Shown: positions 40,160 to 51,074 of the stretch, piece after piece
How the letters are laid out: every line of letters starts with the position of its first letter
Position numbering within the stretch: position 1 is the stretch's first letter
Origin: Flavobacteriaceae bacterium
GTDB lineage: Bacteria; Bacteroidota; Bacteroidia; Flavobacteriales; Flavobacteriaceae
Assembly (NCBI GenBank): GCA_965247215.1
Contig: OZ252001.1
Location: 1,221,980 to 1,285,979, forward strand
Reading direction: 5' to 3'
Length of the DNA: 64,000 nucleotides
Program-made: the position numbers and the translations under genes
Notes under the pieces: generated by a model
Database searches by the model: none
Told to the model about the DNA's origin: nothing
The model's input: only the letters and a program-made list of their open reading frames with translations

Positions 40160-41232
40160 AGATTATTATAAAGTTTTATATGATTTTCTATCATGTTTTG
40201 CAAACTATAGCGATTAGCTCTACGTAATGATTTTGAAGATATTTCATTTAAATACAGCTCATCAGAAAGTAATTTATTTATTTCATCCGCCAATGCTTGT
40301 TCATTACCAACAGGAAATAGAATTCCTGCACCCTTAACAACATCTGTTATTCCTGGAACATCCGAAGCAATAAAAGGTCGTCCTGAAGCCAATCCCTCAA
40401 TACTCGAAAGGGACAATCCTTCAAAGTTAGTTGATAAAACGACAATATCAGCCATTTTTAAAAAAGAAGGAACGTTCATTTGAATTCCTAAAAAAGACAC
40501 TTGATCTTCAAGGTTTAATTGTTTTACTAATTTTTTGCTTTCGTTTATTAATGGACCCTCCCCGATTAAAAGCAATTTAACTGGAATAGTAATAAATGGT
40601 ATGGAACGAATTAGTGTATTTTGATCTTTTTGTTTAATAAAACTTGATACTTGAACCACTATTTTTTTAAAATCTGATTTAAGATAGAGATCAGCAGAAT
40701 TTGGAGTTGCATTATATACCTTTTCGATATCCACTCCATTTAAGATAGTTGAAAATTTATCTTCATTGAAATTTAAATGTTTATTAAGCAAGTATTTAAC
40801 TTCATCAGAAATAGTGATGATTTTTTTATATTTTGAATATATAAAACGATCAACAATCTTGTAAAATAAATTATTTCTTCTATTATTATGCGTACTATGT
40901 TCAGTAAATAATATATTGGTTTTTGAAAATGATATCATTTTAGCAATAGCAACCCAATATAATGAAGGAAATAAATGCACATGTATAAGATCATATTTTT
41001 TTAGATAAGGAACAATTTTAAAAATCAAAAATGGATTGTAAATGGATGTTGTTCCTAAGCTGAATATCGTGCAATTTGATTTTTTTAGTTCAGTAAGAAA
41101 GGGCTGATTTGCTCCATTTAATAATAATAGCTCCATATCAATTCCCTTTTCTTTATATTTTGGAATTGAATCCAAAAGGAGTTTTTCAGCGCCTCCTGTT
41201 ACAAAACTGTTTATTACTTGGAGCACTTTCAT
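40147..41232 (-). CDS. glycosyltransferase family 4
   Basis: 361 aa; FEGLSLSSIEGLASGRP motif. Confidence 0.8.
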   Translation of the reverse strand: MKVLQVINSFVTGGAEKLLLDSIPKYKEKGIDMELLLLNGANQPFLTELKKSNCTIFSLGTTSIYNPFLIFKIVPYLKKYDLIHVHLFPSLYWVAIAKMISFSKTNILFTEHSTHNNRRNNLFYKIVDRFIYSKYKKIITISDEVKYLLNKHLNFNEDKFSTILNGVDIEKVYNATPNSADLYLKSDFKKIVVQVSSFIKQKDQNTLIRSIPFITIPVKLLLIGEGPLINESKKLVKQLNLEDQVSFLGIQMNVPSFLKMADIVVLSTNFEGLSLSSIEGLASGRPFIASDVPGITDVVKGAGILFPVGNEQALADEINKLLSDELYLNEISSKSLRRANRYSLQNMIENHIKLYNNLCES

Positions 41233-42407
41233 TGTATTTTAATTTTGTTTGACTTATTATAATAAAGCACCCATAAACCAAAAATAATTAGCATGGGTAT
41301 TACCATATTCTTCTGTCTTAACATGATTCCCAAATTCCCAAGAACCAGTGAAAAAGCTATGCTAGCTATTATAAAATAAATAAAAATACCTTTAATTAAA
41401 AATGATCCCTTTTTAAAAGCTACATATGGCTTATTTTTAAAAACAATAATTGAGAATAATAATAATATTAGGTTTTCTACGGATGCGATGATTGCCAATA
41501 TCGCATTAATATCAAAGAAAAAAGGTCTGAATAAAAATGTTGCAATCTTTGCTGGTATTGGATAGGTAGAAACATCGACTCCAGATCCAGAAGCAATTTG
41601 ATTTAGTTTTGATGATTTTCTTGATGTATACTCTTCAATAGCTTTTGTTTCAAAGCTTTCGAGTTGAATAAATTCTATTACATAAGAAAATATTGATATA
41701 AGCCCCAAACCAAATACTAAAAAGACAAGTGCCTTTTTATATCGCTTCAATTTATTGTCCAAAATATAGCCTAACCCAAATGAAACCAATAAAAACAAGG
41801 TGATATGTGGACGAATAAGCAATGAAAATAATAAACTAATTGTTATTAAAAACCAATGTTTTTTAGGGCTGCATAAGGAGTAAACAAAAATTGCAATGCA
41901 AAAAAACAAAATAGTATCCTTCCCAATACCTGAGGACCAAAAATGAAGATTCGGTAAAAACCAAATCCATGGAAAAACTGAAACCCCAAATAATTTAATT
42001 TCAGAAAACACTGAGCGTTCTTTAAAAAGAATTTTTGTGATTCTATATAAATAAATAAACCCAAAATAACCCAATAAAGCATAAAGCATATTTCCTGTGA
42101 AAAAAGATAATCCTATTACTTTGGAAGGAATATAATTTATTAAATAGATTACCCCGGAAGCAGACTTATTTTTAATCAGTATTAAAATATCTGAAAAAGA
42201 GCTGGTTTTTGGAAAACTCCAATAAAAATTTGCATCACCACCATAATTAGAAATATATAAATGGAAAAGTATTGCTATAAAAAAATGGAAAAAGAAAATT
42301 TGATTTAAGAATTTATAATCACTTCTAGTAAAATCTGAGAATGTATATTTCAAATTGAAGCCAATTAAAAATATTACAATGCAAAAAAATAAATCTAATA
42401 AAAACAT
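41229..42407 (-). CDS. polytopic membrane protein, putative Wzy-type polymerase
   Basis: 392 aa with ~10 TMs, located between GTs and flippase. Confidence 0.5.
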   Translation of the reverse strand: MFLLDLFFCIVIFLIGFNLKYTFSDFTRSDYKFLNQIFFFHFFIAILFHLYISNYGGDANFYWSFPKTSSFSDILILIKNKSASGVIYLINYIPSKVIGLSFFTGNMLYALLGYFGFIYLYRITKILFKERSVFSEIKLFGVSVFPWIWFLPNLHFWSSGIGKDTILFFCIAIFVYSLCSPKKHWFLITISLLFSLLIRPHITLFLLVSFGLGYILDNKLKRYKKALVFLVFGLGLISIFSYVIEFIQLESFETKAIEEYTSRKSSKLNQIASGSGVDVSTYPIPAKIATFLFRPFFFDINAILAIIASVENLILLLFSIIVFKNKPYVAFKKGSFLIKGIFIYFIIASIAFSLVLGNLGIMLRQKNMVIPMLIIFGLWVLYYNKSNKIKIQ

Positions 42408-42413
42408 AAAAAG

Positions 42414-43289
42414 TTATTCTTTACTAAAAATTTCTTCAATTTTTTGTTTTGTTTTGTTTGATAATGTTAATGGCGTTATCTCATCTTTACTTACTAATTT
42501 AAATAACCTTTGTTTAAAGGAACTGCCAAAAAGTTTTGAAAAATAATCTTTAAAACCAATTCGATTTAAAAAATAAAACAACTTTTGAAAGCGAAGTGTT
42601 TTTGTTTTGTTTTCTTGAATTGACTCCATATTTTCAAAGGGCTTAATCGCTAAAAACTTAGAAACTTCATCTAGGACTGCTTTCTTATTTTTAATAAGTT
42701 CTTCAAAATTTAAAAGCAAAACATCAGAAAACAAACCCCTATAGTTTTGAATAGATTTTTTATAAAAACTCATTCCCAAATGACTTGACCAAGCTAATGT
42801 TCCTTTATTATATTGTGTGATTTCATCATTGATTATATGTTCAAAGGAATCTTTTATTCTCCCTAAACCCAAATCCATTTTATAATGAGAAAAAGCTCTT
42901 TCTAAAGGGTCCCTAAGCAAGATTATAATTTTTGCATTTGGGTTATAATTTTTTATTAGAGATGCTGACTCAGGAGCTGATAAATAAGAGGTACTACTTT
43001 CAGCCAGGTATTTCTCGTTAGTTACAAGAGAAAATAATTTTTGATAATGATTCTCTTTTTCAATTTTTGCTAAATGCAGTGGTTTTGGAAATTCATTATT
43101 AAAATAGGTATCATTATCAAAAAATAGAGATGGCTTATAAAGACTTTGTGGCAAATCATCAATAAAATAATTTGGCTCTTTAATCGGAGAGATATAAATT
43201 TCTCGATGCAAAGCAAGTAAATTAATAAAAGTGGTTGTCCCTGCTTTCATGGCACCTATAATAAATAAATTTGCTTTTTTATTTTCCAT
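42414..43289 (-). CDS. PAPS-dependent sulfotransferase
   Basis: 291 aa; 5'-PSB motif IIGAMKAGTTT and 3'-PB motif LLRDPLERAFSHY. Confidence 0.8.
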   Translation of the reverse strand: MENKKANLFIIGAMKAGTTTFINLLALHREIYISPIKEPNYFIDDLPQSLYKPSLFFDNDTYFNNEFPKPLHLAKIEKENHYQKLFSLVTNEKYLAESSTSYLSAPESASLIKNYNPNAKIIILLRDPLERAFSHYKMDLGLGRIKDSFEHIINDEITQYNKGTLAWSSHLGMSFYKKSIQNYRGLFSDVLLLNFEELIKNKKAVLDEVSKFLAIKPFENMESIQENKTKTLRFQKLFYFLNRIGFKDYFSKLFGSSFKQRLFKLVSKDEITPLTLSNKTKQKIEEIFSKE

Positions 43290-44069
43290 TTATAAATTAC
43301 CGATCATTCCAACATATTTTCCTTCAAATTCAAAAATATTCCAATTTTTTTGTTTGTTTTCATTTACATAATCGTAAAAAAAAGAATTATCCTGAATGTC
43401 ATCCATCAAAACTATTGAGTTGTCATGAAGGGCATTTTTGATTTTATTTAAAGTAATTTCACGTCTCTTGTAAGACTTATCTGAATCATAATGAAAAATA
43501 TCTATTTTATCAATTTGATTTAATATTTTTGGAAGATTCGATTTATCACCATCGATAAAAAGTTCCCATTTATTTTTCAAATAATCATCTACAATAATAC
43601 CTATATATTTTTCTGGATTCGGAATTCTAAAATATGGGAAGTCACTACTATAAAGTCTTCCTTTACCATTTTTATCTAGTGCTCTTAAAAATGAAAAGGA
43701 AGAAAATCCTGCAGCTACACCAGTTTCTACAATATGTAATGGCTTTATATATCTAGTAATAAAGTAAAGAATCGGATAGGCACCACCTCCACCTAGTTTA
43801 TAATTAATTTTCTTTAGTTTTTTGTTTGCAATTTCTTCAATTTCTTTACATTCTAATAATGATTCATCCCAAAGCAATGAGTCCAGGCTATTAGCCAACT
43901 TGCAAAAATCTGAACAATTAGACCTTATCCACTTTAAATTATTTTCATGTGATAGAGTACTCTTTACATCGAAAAATCTCCTAAAAACCTTTTCAATCAT
44001 TACGTAAAACCTTTTGGGTTTAATTGATTGCTTTAGAATTGAAAATATATTTTTTATTTTAAAGGACAT
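43290..44069 (-). CDS. class I SAM-dependent methyltransferase
   Basis: 259 aa; VETGVAAGFSS glycine-rich SAM motif. Confidence 0.6.
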   Translation of the reverse strand: MSFKIKNIFSILKQSIKPKRFYVMIEKVFRRFFDVKSTLSHENNLKWIRSNCSDFCKLANSLDSLLWDESLLECKEIEEIANKKLKKINYKLGGGGAYPILYFITRYIKPLHIVETGVAAGFSSFSFLRALDKNGKGRLYSSDFPYFRIPNPEKYIGIIVDDYLKNKWELFIDGDKSNLPKILNQIDKIDIFHYDSDKSYKRREITLNKIKNALHDNSIVLMDDIQDNSFFYDYVNENKQKNWNIFEFEGKYVGMIGNL

Positions 44070-44114
44070 TAAAAATAATTTAATTAATGTAAGTTATGCT
44101 TAATTTTAAAACAC

Positions 44115-44957
44115 TCATTTTTTCCTAATTACACAAAGCATTTCGGTATCTGGTTTGTGCCATAGAACCCTACCTATAGGGTGTAATAAACTTTGTCCTA
44201 AAACATATTTTATTCCTTTTCGAGGCACATGAAATTGCACACTTTCAATATGTTCTTTGATATATTCTTGATCACTTAATAAGTTAGGTGATAAAAATAT
44301 TTTGTCTTTTACATATTTTTTAAAAACACTTCTTGTATTTCTAACCGTATCGCTAGACATTCTATTATTACTATTATCACCAACTCCATTAGCTAATAAA
44401 TCTTCTATAAAATATAAGCCCCCCATTTTAAGTTTTTTAAAAAAATAATTAAATGATATTTGTTGATGATCTGGTTTATGACTTCCATCGTCAATAATAA
44501 AATCAAATTCTTCTACTCCGCTATTTTTAAAAAACAAATCCAATTCATCAACATTACCCTGATCTGCAACAAATGTCTTAATCCTATCATTATCTAAATA
44601 GGAACATTCATTTATATCTATTCCAAAAATATTAGAATTTTTAAAATATTCATACCACATTCGAATAGAAGCACCCCCAGAGTTTTTTCCATGTACTATA
44701 TCTGATCTCCATTTATCTCCAACTACACCTAGTCCAATTTCTAAAAAATTTAATTCATTATATCGAAATTCATTCAAATATGCTTCATAAATATCTGAAT
44801 AATTATGTGCATTCCATCTTTTACTTGGTCCAATTGTTCCTTTATCAGTCCCAAATTTGTTTGCGATTTCTGTTAAAGATTCGGGTTTCAAATTCATATA
44901 TTTTTGACTTTTATATTTATTATAAAAATAATAATTTTCTTTAAAAAAGGTTAACAT
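44115..44957 (-). CDS. class I SAM-dependent methyltransferase
   Basis: 280 aa; FLEIGLGV and FDFIIDDGSH motifs. Confidence 0.6.
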   Translation of the reverse strand: MLTFFKENYYFYNKYKSQKYMNLKPESLTEIANKFGTDKGTIGPSKRWNAHNYSDIYEAYLNEFRYNELNFLEIGLGVVGDKWRSDIVHGKNSGGASIRMWYEYFKNSNIFGIDINECSYLDNDRIKTFVADQGNVDELDLFFKNSGVEEFDFIIDDGSHKPDHQQISFNYFFKKLKMGGLYFIEDLLANGVGDNSNNRMSSDTVRNTRSVFKKYVKDKIFLSPNLLSDQEYIKEHIESVQFHVPRKGIKYVLGQSLLHPIGRVLWHKPDTEMLCVIRKK

Positions 44958-45007
44958 TCTTAAACAACTGTTTTAATAAACGTTGAAGATATTAATCTTT
45001 ATTTGTA

Positions 45008-46306
45008 CTAAAAAATGGTTGTATTTAATTTTAATTTCTTTTTTACATAAACAACAAAAAATATATTTTGAAAAATTATCAATAGTCCCATATTAATTGC
45101 AGCTCCTACAACATTGAAATATAAAACTAAAGGTATGTTTAAGGCAAGGTATAGTAACGTTGAAGTAAAAATTATTTTGGTATAATAGGCTTGATTGCCT
45201 GTCATTACTAAAACAACACCAACAGATCCAGCTATCGCGTTTACTAATTGTCCAATACATAAAATAACTAAGGGTAAATACGCCGAATTGAATTCACTTC
45301 CAAAAAGTATCGTAATCAGTTGTTCTCCGCCAAAAAAGAATACAATAAATATTGGCAAAGCTGTGATAAAGATAATTCTACTTGATTTTTTTAAAATATA
45401 TTGTAAACTTTTAAAATCTTTTTTCTCGAATATAGAAGAAATATAGGGAGCTATTGCTGTGTTTATCGCATCCAAATTAAATGATACTAATGATGATGCC
45501 TTCAAGGCTACCTCGAAAATTGCAACAGATTCTACGCCATGGAAAATAGCTAAAATAAAGGAAGAAACTCTTTCTTTTGATATTTTAATTCCTTCATTTA
45601 TAGAAAAAGGTATCGTTTGTTTTAACCACTCATAGTTTTTATAAATTGGCTGGATTCCTATTGTTTTTTCTTTTAGTTTTCTAGTTAAGAATAAGGATCC
45701 AACTAGTAATGAAAATAATGTAGCAATAATTTGTATTATTATAACTTTTGCTGGTGTTAATTCAATTTGTAGTGAATAGTAAATTATGACACCCAAAAAA
45801 GTGACAAAACTTCTTAAAAAAATATTGGATACTTGTCCTAATAAAATAAATTTTAATCCACGCAATGATGCAGATTTCAAGGAATTCAGCACTACTATTG
45901 GCAGTAAAATCAACCCATACCATATCGCTTCAACTAAATTACTATTAAAAGAGTCCCACCATAAAAAATAACTAATTATTGAAATAGCAAAAACAATTAG
46001 TGTACTTATAATCACAAACTGATTGGTTCGAATTAGTAATCCTTTAATAGCTCTATAATTAGCTTCTACTTCATATTTTGAAATGAATCTAATTATAAGA
46101 TTAGGCATACCAAAAGAAACAGGTACAGCTAAAATAAAAATGGTAGCAATTGCTAATGTATAAATTCCGAATTGCTCTAACCCTAAAATTCTAGCTAATA
46201 AAATACTATTCAAAAAAGCAAACAAAGCCGATAAAAATTTAATCCCCAAACTACCTATAATTGAAGTCTTAATTTGTTTACTATTAAAAAAATTGAGTAT
46301 TTTCAA
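45008..46306 (-). CDS. wzx: oligosaccharide flippase (Wzx, MOP superfamily)
   Basis: 432 aa, ~12 TMs. Confidence 0.8.
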   Translation of the reverse strand: MKILNFFNSKQIKTSIIGSLGIKFLSALFAFLNSILLARILGLEQFGIYTLAIATIFILAVPVSFGMPNLIIRFISKYEVEANYRAIKGLLIRTNQFVIISTLIVFAISIISYFLWWDSFNSNLVEAIWYGLILLPIVVLNSLKSASLRGLKFILLGQVSNIFLRSFVTFLGVIIYYSLQIELTPAKVIIIQIIATLFSLLVGSLFLTRKLKEKTIGIQPIYKNYEWLKQTIPFSINEGIKISKERVSSFILAIFHGVESVAIFEVALKASSLVSFNLDAINTAIAPYISSIFEKKDFKSLQYILKKSSRIIFITALPIFIVFFFGGEQLITILFGSEFNSAYLPLVILCIGQLVNAIAGSVGVVLVMTGNQAYYTKIIFTSTLLYLALNIPLVLYFNVVGAAINMGLLIIFQNIFFVVYVKKKLKLNTTIF

Positions 46307-46359
46307 ATGTTCAATAATTTAGATTATAATTAAAATTTGCAAAGGCGGCACCATAAATA

Positions 46360-46650
46360 TCATTGATAATGTGTTTTATTTTTTGAAATATTAATATTTC
46401 TCAATAACATAGGGTACTCCCCTATCTTTTTAATTCCTCTCAATAAATTATTATAAGAATCTCCAATATTTAAATGCGCTAATTTTTTGTTTGGTAACAT
46501 CAATTTTTCGGAAACACGTACAAAATCATTGTCTATATTTTCAAATTTAATGATAAAATCCATTAGACAGTTAGCTCCCTCCTTATCATATAAATAAGTT
46601 GTTTGTGATTGCAGGAAATAACTTAAGTACCCTAAACTCGCAACAACATT
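46360..46650 (-). pseudogene. C-terminal remnant of a second sulfotransferase, truncated by IS insertion
   Basis: ..MDFIIKFENIDNDFVRVSEKLMLPNKKLAHLNIG.. resembles family-2 sulfotransferase C-terminus; N-terminal ~200 aa missing; upstream part of the track ORF runs into IS-flank sequence. Confidence 0.45.
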
Positions 46651-48110
46651 TATAAATACCTTAGCCTTTTGAAAACAAAAGGCTAAGGGGTTTTGTAGTT
46701 TCACCTAAAAGGTGGAAATTGCGGTTGAACCCTGCAAAACACTACAATGCTTAAAACTAAACAATCTTCAAAGAATATCACCCCTTTTGGTGGCTTAAAT
46801 TTTATTTTTAATGCCATTAAACGCTCAAAAATAGATGTTTTTCTCGATAAAAATTTGGGTTATCGAAATTTTAGGGTCCAATATTCGTATGCCGACATTG
46901 TGCTTTCTTTGTTGGGAAATTCTTTATGCAATGGAGAGTATATTTCTGATTTAGAACATCTTAAAAATAAATTCACTTGCCAAAGTTTTAGCAAAATCCC
47001 TTCCCCAGATACGGTTGAATATGCTTGTCAGGAATTAAAAGAACCAACAATTAGGGAGATAACTGGCCAAGGAATTGTTCATCAATTTAATTACAACAAT
47101 CAAACCAACGCATCTTTAATCGCTCTTTGTGCAAAAACAGGTCAACTTAAAAAAGAAGAAAAATACACACTTGATTTTGACAATGTAGTTCTTGAAAACA
47201 AAAAACAAGATGCCAAAAAAAGCTATAAAAACACTAAAGCCTAGCATCCCAATTTCGCCTTCATAGGCAGATTACCTGTGCATATTGAAAACCATAACGG
47301 CAACACCCCTGCAAAGTATAAACAATTTGAAACACTAGAAAGATGTTTTAAAAACCTGAGCGACAATCAAATAAAAATAGAACATTTTAGAGCAGACTCT
47401 GCATCTTATCAAAAAGAAGTCATTGAACTGGTTAGCCAAAAGGCGACTAACTTTTATATTAGAAACATCAGTTCCCAAAAGTTCATCTCTTTATGTGGAA
47501 AAATTAAAGATTGGAAAAAACAGGAAATCAACAACGAAATAAAAGAAGTTGCATCACTAATTTACACCCCTTTTAATGGGGGATTTTCTTATAGAATTGT
47601 GGTTACAAGATCTCTAAAAAAAGACCAGCAAATCGATTTTATATCAGGGACCCCTTACAATTATTATGGAATAATGACCAACAATTTAGTTTTTTCAAAT
47701 CAAGAAATTATCGAATTTTACAACCAACGAGGCGATGCGGAGAATTCTAACAAATTCCTAATCAGTGATTTCAACTTGAAACACTTGCCTTTTATGGATT
47801 TGGATACCAATACTGCGTTTATGTATTTAATGGCGATGTGCTTAATTCTTTTTGAGTGGACAAAAGTAATTTTGGTGAAAAATAAAACTCCAAATATTAG
47901 TCTTAAAATGAGAGTCAAAGCGGTTTGTTTTCGTTACATTACTGTAGCTACAACTTTTGTAAATCACGCCAGAGAGAAAATACTTCAGGTTTTCTCAAAC
48001 CAAGAATACAAAATTTTAAAAATTTAAAACAAGAATTTACTGGAATTGCAAAAAAACTCATTTGGGGTAAGGGGGGCTATACACATAGCCTGTGAAATTT
48101 TGTTGAAAAC
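46650..48110 (+). mobile_element. IS1380-family insertion sequence (boundaries approximate)
   Basis: Contains IS1380-like transposase on the opposite strand to the surrounding operon; ends not resolved by eye. Confidence 0.55.
46747..48027 (+). pseudogene. IS1380-family transposase with in-frame TAG
   Basis: Track ORFs 46747..47244 and 47278..48027 share one frame; TAG at 47242-47244 within ...KNTKA*HPNFAFIG...; TPFGGLNFIFNAI N-terminus typical of IS1380. Confidence 0.65.
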
Positions 48111-48141
48111 GGAATGAAAACCCTGAAAAAATTAAATACAT

Positions 48142-48804
48142 TTACATATTAAAGACCTCGGATTTCTGTTGCGAGTTTTGGGCAATATTATAAATAAAAC
48201 CAATAGAAAAATTCATAAAGCTCCCAGTTTGTGCTTCAAAATTTGGGTTGATTAATTGATTATCAAATCCAAAGTGCTGTTTTAAAGTTACTACATATGA
48301 AACATCAATATTAATGTCAAACTTAGTACTCAATTGATAAAGTGGAGTTAATCCAAATATAATTGTTCCAACACGTTCTTTATTTTTAATAATACTAGAC
48401 TTTGCATAAGTTAAGCCACCTCCACCATGAACCAATAGTCCAAACTTAGTGTAAAAGTTGCTATTATCACCGAAAAAATAAGCTAGATTAGAAACGATTT
48501 GTAAGTCAAAAATATTATAGGTTAAATTATCTATCGGGGAATTTTTATCTTCGAATTTAATATAGGAATAACCAATCCTAAATCCTATTTTTGGATTTAT
48601 CATATACCTAGCGCCAACAAACACACTATTATACCCAGTAAAATCTCCTGCTTTCCTACCATCAGGAATAGGTGTTATCGGCATTGAAATACCATAATTT
48701 AAATCGAAAGATAATTGTCTGGGCTCAATGTTTTGAGCAGAACTAATAGATCCATAAAGTAGGACTAAAATAAGGGTAAATTTTTTCATTGGTGAACTAT
48801 TCAA
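48142..48804 (-). CDS. outer-membrane beta-barrel (porin-family) protein
   Basis: 220 aa; signal peptide, alternating beta-strand pattern, C-terminal aromatic residue region. Confidence 0.6.
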   Translation of the reverse strand: MNSSPMKKFTLILVLLYGSISSAQNIEPRQLSFDLNYGISMPITPIPDGRKAGDFTGYNSVFVGARYMINPKIGFRIGYSYIKFEDKNSPIDNLTYNIFDLQIVSNLAYFFGDNSNFYTKFGLLVHGGGGLTYAKSSIIKNKERVGTIIFGLTPLYQLSTKFDINIDVSYVVTLKQHFGFDNQLINPNFEAQTGSFMNFSIGFIYNIAQNSQQKSEVFNM

Positions 48805-48856
48805 ATTGCTTTATATTTAGTAAATGTACAAAAGTTTTTTTAATTGAATGAAAAAA

Positions 48857-50113
48857 CTATAAAATCATCCCAGCAGCAACAGTTTCATGCGTTTTATCGT
48901 CAATAAGTACAAAGCTTCCGGTAATTCTATTATCGCGATATTCATCTATCATCAAAGGGCGAGTCGTTCTAATTTTTACACGAGCAATATCATTCATTAG
49001 CAAATCTTTATTTTCAATATCTCTGGAATAGGTATTTATGTCTATTTTATAGAGTACATGTTTAATCATCGCTTTTTGTTCATTAGAAGTGTGCATGATC
49101 GTATATTTTGCACGGGGTCTGGCAACAGCATTATTCAACCAGCATAACATGGTGTCAAACTCTTGAACAGATTCGGGTTTATTAGTAGTTTTTACAATCA
49201 TATCGCCTCTACCAACATCAATATCGTCTTCCAAAGTAATTGAAATGGACATTGGAGCATAGGCCTCCTCCAATTCCCCATTCAGGGTATCTATCGTTTT
49301 TATTTTTGAAGTAAATCCGGATGGCATAACAGTAACAGCATCCCCAGGTCTAAATATTCCACTAGCAACTCTTCCCGCATAACCACGATAATCTATAAAT
49401 TCTTCACTTTGCGGACGCAATACTGTTTGTACCGGAAAACGAGCATCAATTTTATTGAGGTCACTGCTAATATGTAGGTGTTCCAATGTATGCAATAATG
49501 GCGCTCCCTGGTACCAGTCCATATTCATTGAACGGTTTACAACATTATCACCTTTTAAAGCGCTAATTGGCAAAAATCGAATATCCTTTACATATAATTT
49601 TGATGAAAATTCTTCAAATTGATTAATTATATTTTCATAGATATCTTCTGAATAGTCAACAAGGTCCATCTTATTGATACAAACAACTATATGTGAAATC
49701 TGTAATAAGGAAGCAATAAACGCATGACGCTTGGTTTGTTCAATAACACCTTTTCGAGCATCAATAAGAATTAAAGCTGCATTTGCCGTAGAGGCTCCAG
49801 TAACCATATTCCTTGTGTATTGAATGTGTCCTGGTGTATCAGCAATAATAAATTTTCGTCTTGGAGTTGTAAAATATCGATAGGCTACGTCAATCGTAAT
49901 TCCTTGCTCTCGTTCATCTCTTAATCCATCTGTAAACAACGCTAGGTCCACACCTTCATGACCTTTTCTTTTGCTTGTTAATTCAACTGCTTCAAGTTGA
50001 TCTTCAAATATCGCTTTTGAGTCGTATAACAAGCGTCCAATTAATGTGCTTTTACCATCATCCACACTACCTGCAGTTGTAAATCGTAAAAGTTGATTTT
50101 TGTCTATTTGCAT
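48857..50113 (-). CDS. cysN: sulfate adenylyltransferase subunit 1 (GTPase)
   Basis: 418 aa; GSVDDGKST G1 motif, EF-Tu-like. Confidence 0.9.
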   Translation of the reverse strand: MQIDKNQLLRFTTAGSVDDGKSTLIGRLLYDSKAIFEDQLEAVELTSKRKGHEGVDLALFTDGLRDEREQGITIDVAYRYFTTPRRKFIIADTPGHIQYTRNMVTGASTANAALILIDARKGVIEQTKRHAFIASLLQISHIVVCINKMDLVDYSEDIYENIINQFEEFSSKLYVKDIRFLPISALKGDNVVNRSMNMDWYQGAPLLHTLEHLHISSDLNKIDARFPVQTVLRPQSEEFIDYRGYAGRVASGIFRPGDAVTVMPSGFTSKIKTIDTLNGELEEAYAPMSISITLEDDIDVGRGDMIVKTTNKPESVQEFDTMLCWLNNAVARPRAKYTIMHTSNEQKAMIKHVLYKIDINTYSRDIENKDLLMNDIARVKIRTTRPLMIDEYRDNRITGSFVLIDDKTHETVAAGMIL

Positions 50114-50166
50114 GAATTAAAATGTTGAAGTTTTTTTATTATTAAGTTAATGAATAGCCGTGTACG

Positions 50167-51072
50167 TTAAAAATATCCTTGTCGTTTTCGGTCCTCCATA
50201 GAAGTTTCACTACGTTTATCATCAGTCCTATTACCCCGTTCTGTTTGTTTCATAGCAGCGACTTCAGCAACAATTTTTTCTAATGTATCTGCATCAGACT
50301 CAATACCACCTGTAATAGTAATGTCTCCTAGTGTCCTGAAACGAATTTTTTTATTTTCAATTTCTTCTCCCGCTTCTACTACTAAATATTCAGAAACCGG
50401 AATCCACGAATCACTTCTCCAAATAACATCACGTTGGTGAGCAAAGTATAAAGAAGGTATGTTTATTTGTTCTCTCTTACTATAATTCCAAACATCCATT
50501 TCGGTCCAATTACTGATTGGGAATGCTCTAAAATGCTCCCCTTCAAAATGTTTACCATTTAGTATATTCCATAATTCTGGACGTTGATTTTTTGGGTCCC
50601 ATTGCCCAAAATCATCACGATGTGAAAAAAAACGCTCTTTAGCTCTTGCTTTTTCTTCGTCTCGCCTTCCTCCTCCTATTGCGCAATCTACTTTGTTATC
50701 TTCAATGATATCGAGTAAGGTGGTAATTTGAAGAGCATTTCTTGTAGCATTTCCCCCTTTTTCTTCTGCTACCCGCCCTTGATCAATAGAATTTTGTACA
50801 GACCCAATAATCATTTTTATCCCTAATTCGCTTACTAAATCGTCCCTAAATTGAATGGTTTCCGGAAAATTATGCCCAGTATCAATATGCATTAATTGAA
50901 AAGGAATCTTTGAGGGATAAAAAGCCTTTTTAGCTAAATGCGTAATTAAAATAGAATCCTTTCCGCCAGAAAATAAAATTACTGGATTTTGAAATTGAGC
51001 CCAAATTTCTCGAAGAATAAATATGGCTTCTGACTCTAATTCATCAAGATAATTTAAATAATATTTAGTCAT
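50167..51072 (-). CDS. cysD: sulfate adenylyltransferase subunit 2
   Basis: 301 aa; PAPS-reductase-fold, SGGKDS motif. Confidence 0.95.
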   Translation of the reverse strand: MTKYYLNYLDELESEAIFILREIWAQFQNPVILFSGGKDSILITHLAKKAFYPSKIPFQLMHIDTGHNFPETIQFRDDLVSELGIKMIIGSVQNSIDQGRVAEEKGGNATRNALQITTLLDIIEDNKVDCAIGGGRRDEEKARAKERFFSHRDDFGQWDPKNQRPELWNILNGKHFEGEHFRAFPISNWTEMDVWNYSKREQINIPSLYFAHQRDVIWRSDSWIPVSEYLVVEAGEEIENKKIRFRTLGDITITGGIESDADTLEKIVAEVAAMKQTERGNRTDDKRSETSMEDRKRQGYF

Positions 51073-51074
51073 TC

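Noticed and set aside
47242-47244. TAG in the IS1380 transposase as programmed read-through
   Set aside because: I know of no such mechanism for IS1380-family transposases, and the surrounding context shows no recoding signals. A nonsense mutation is the simpler explanation.
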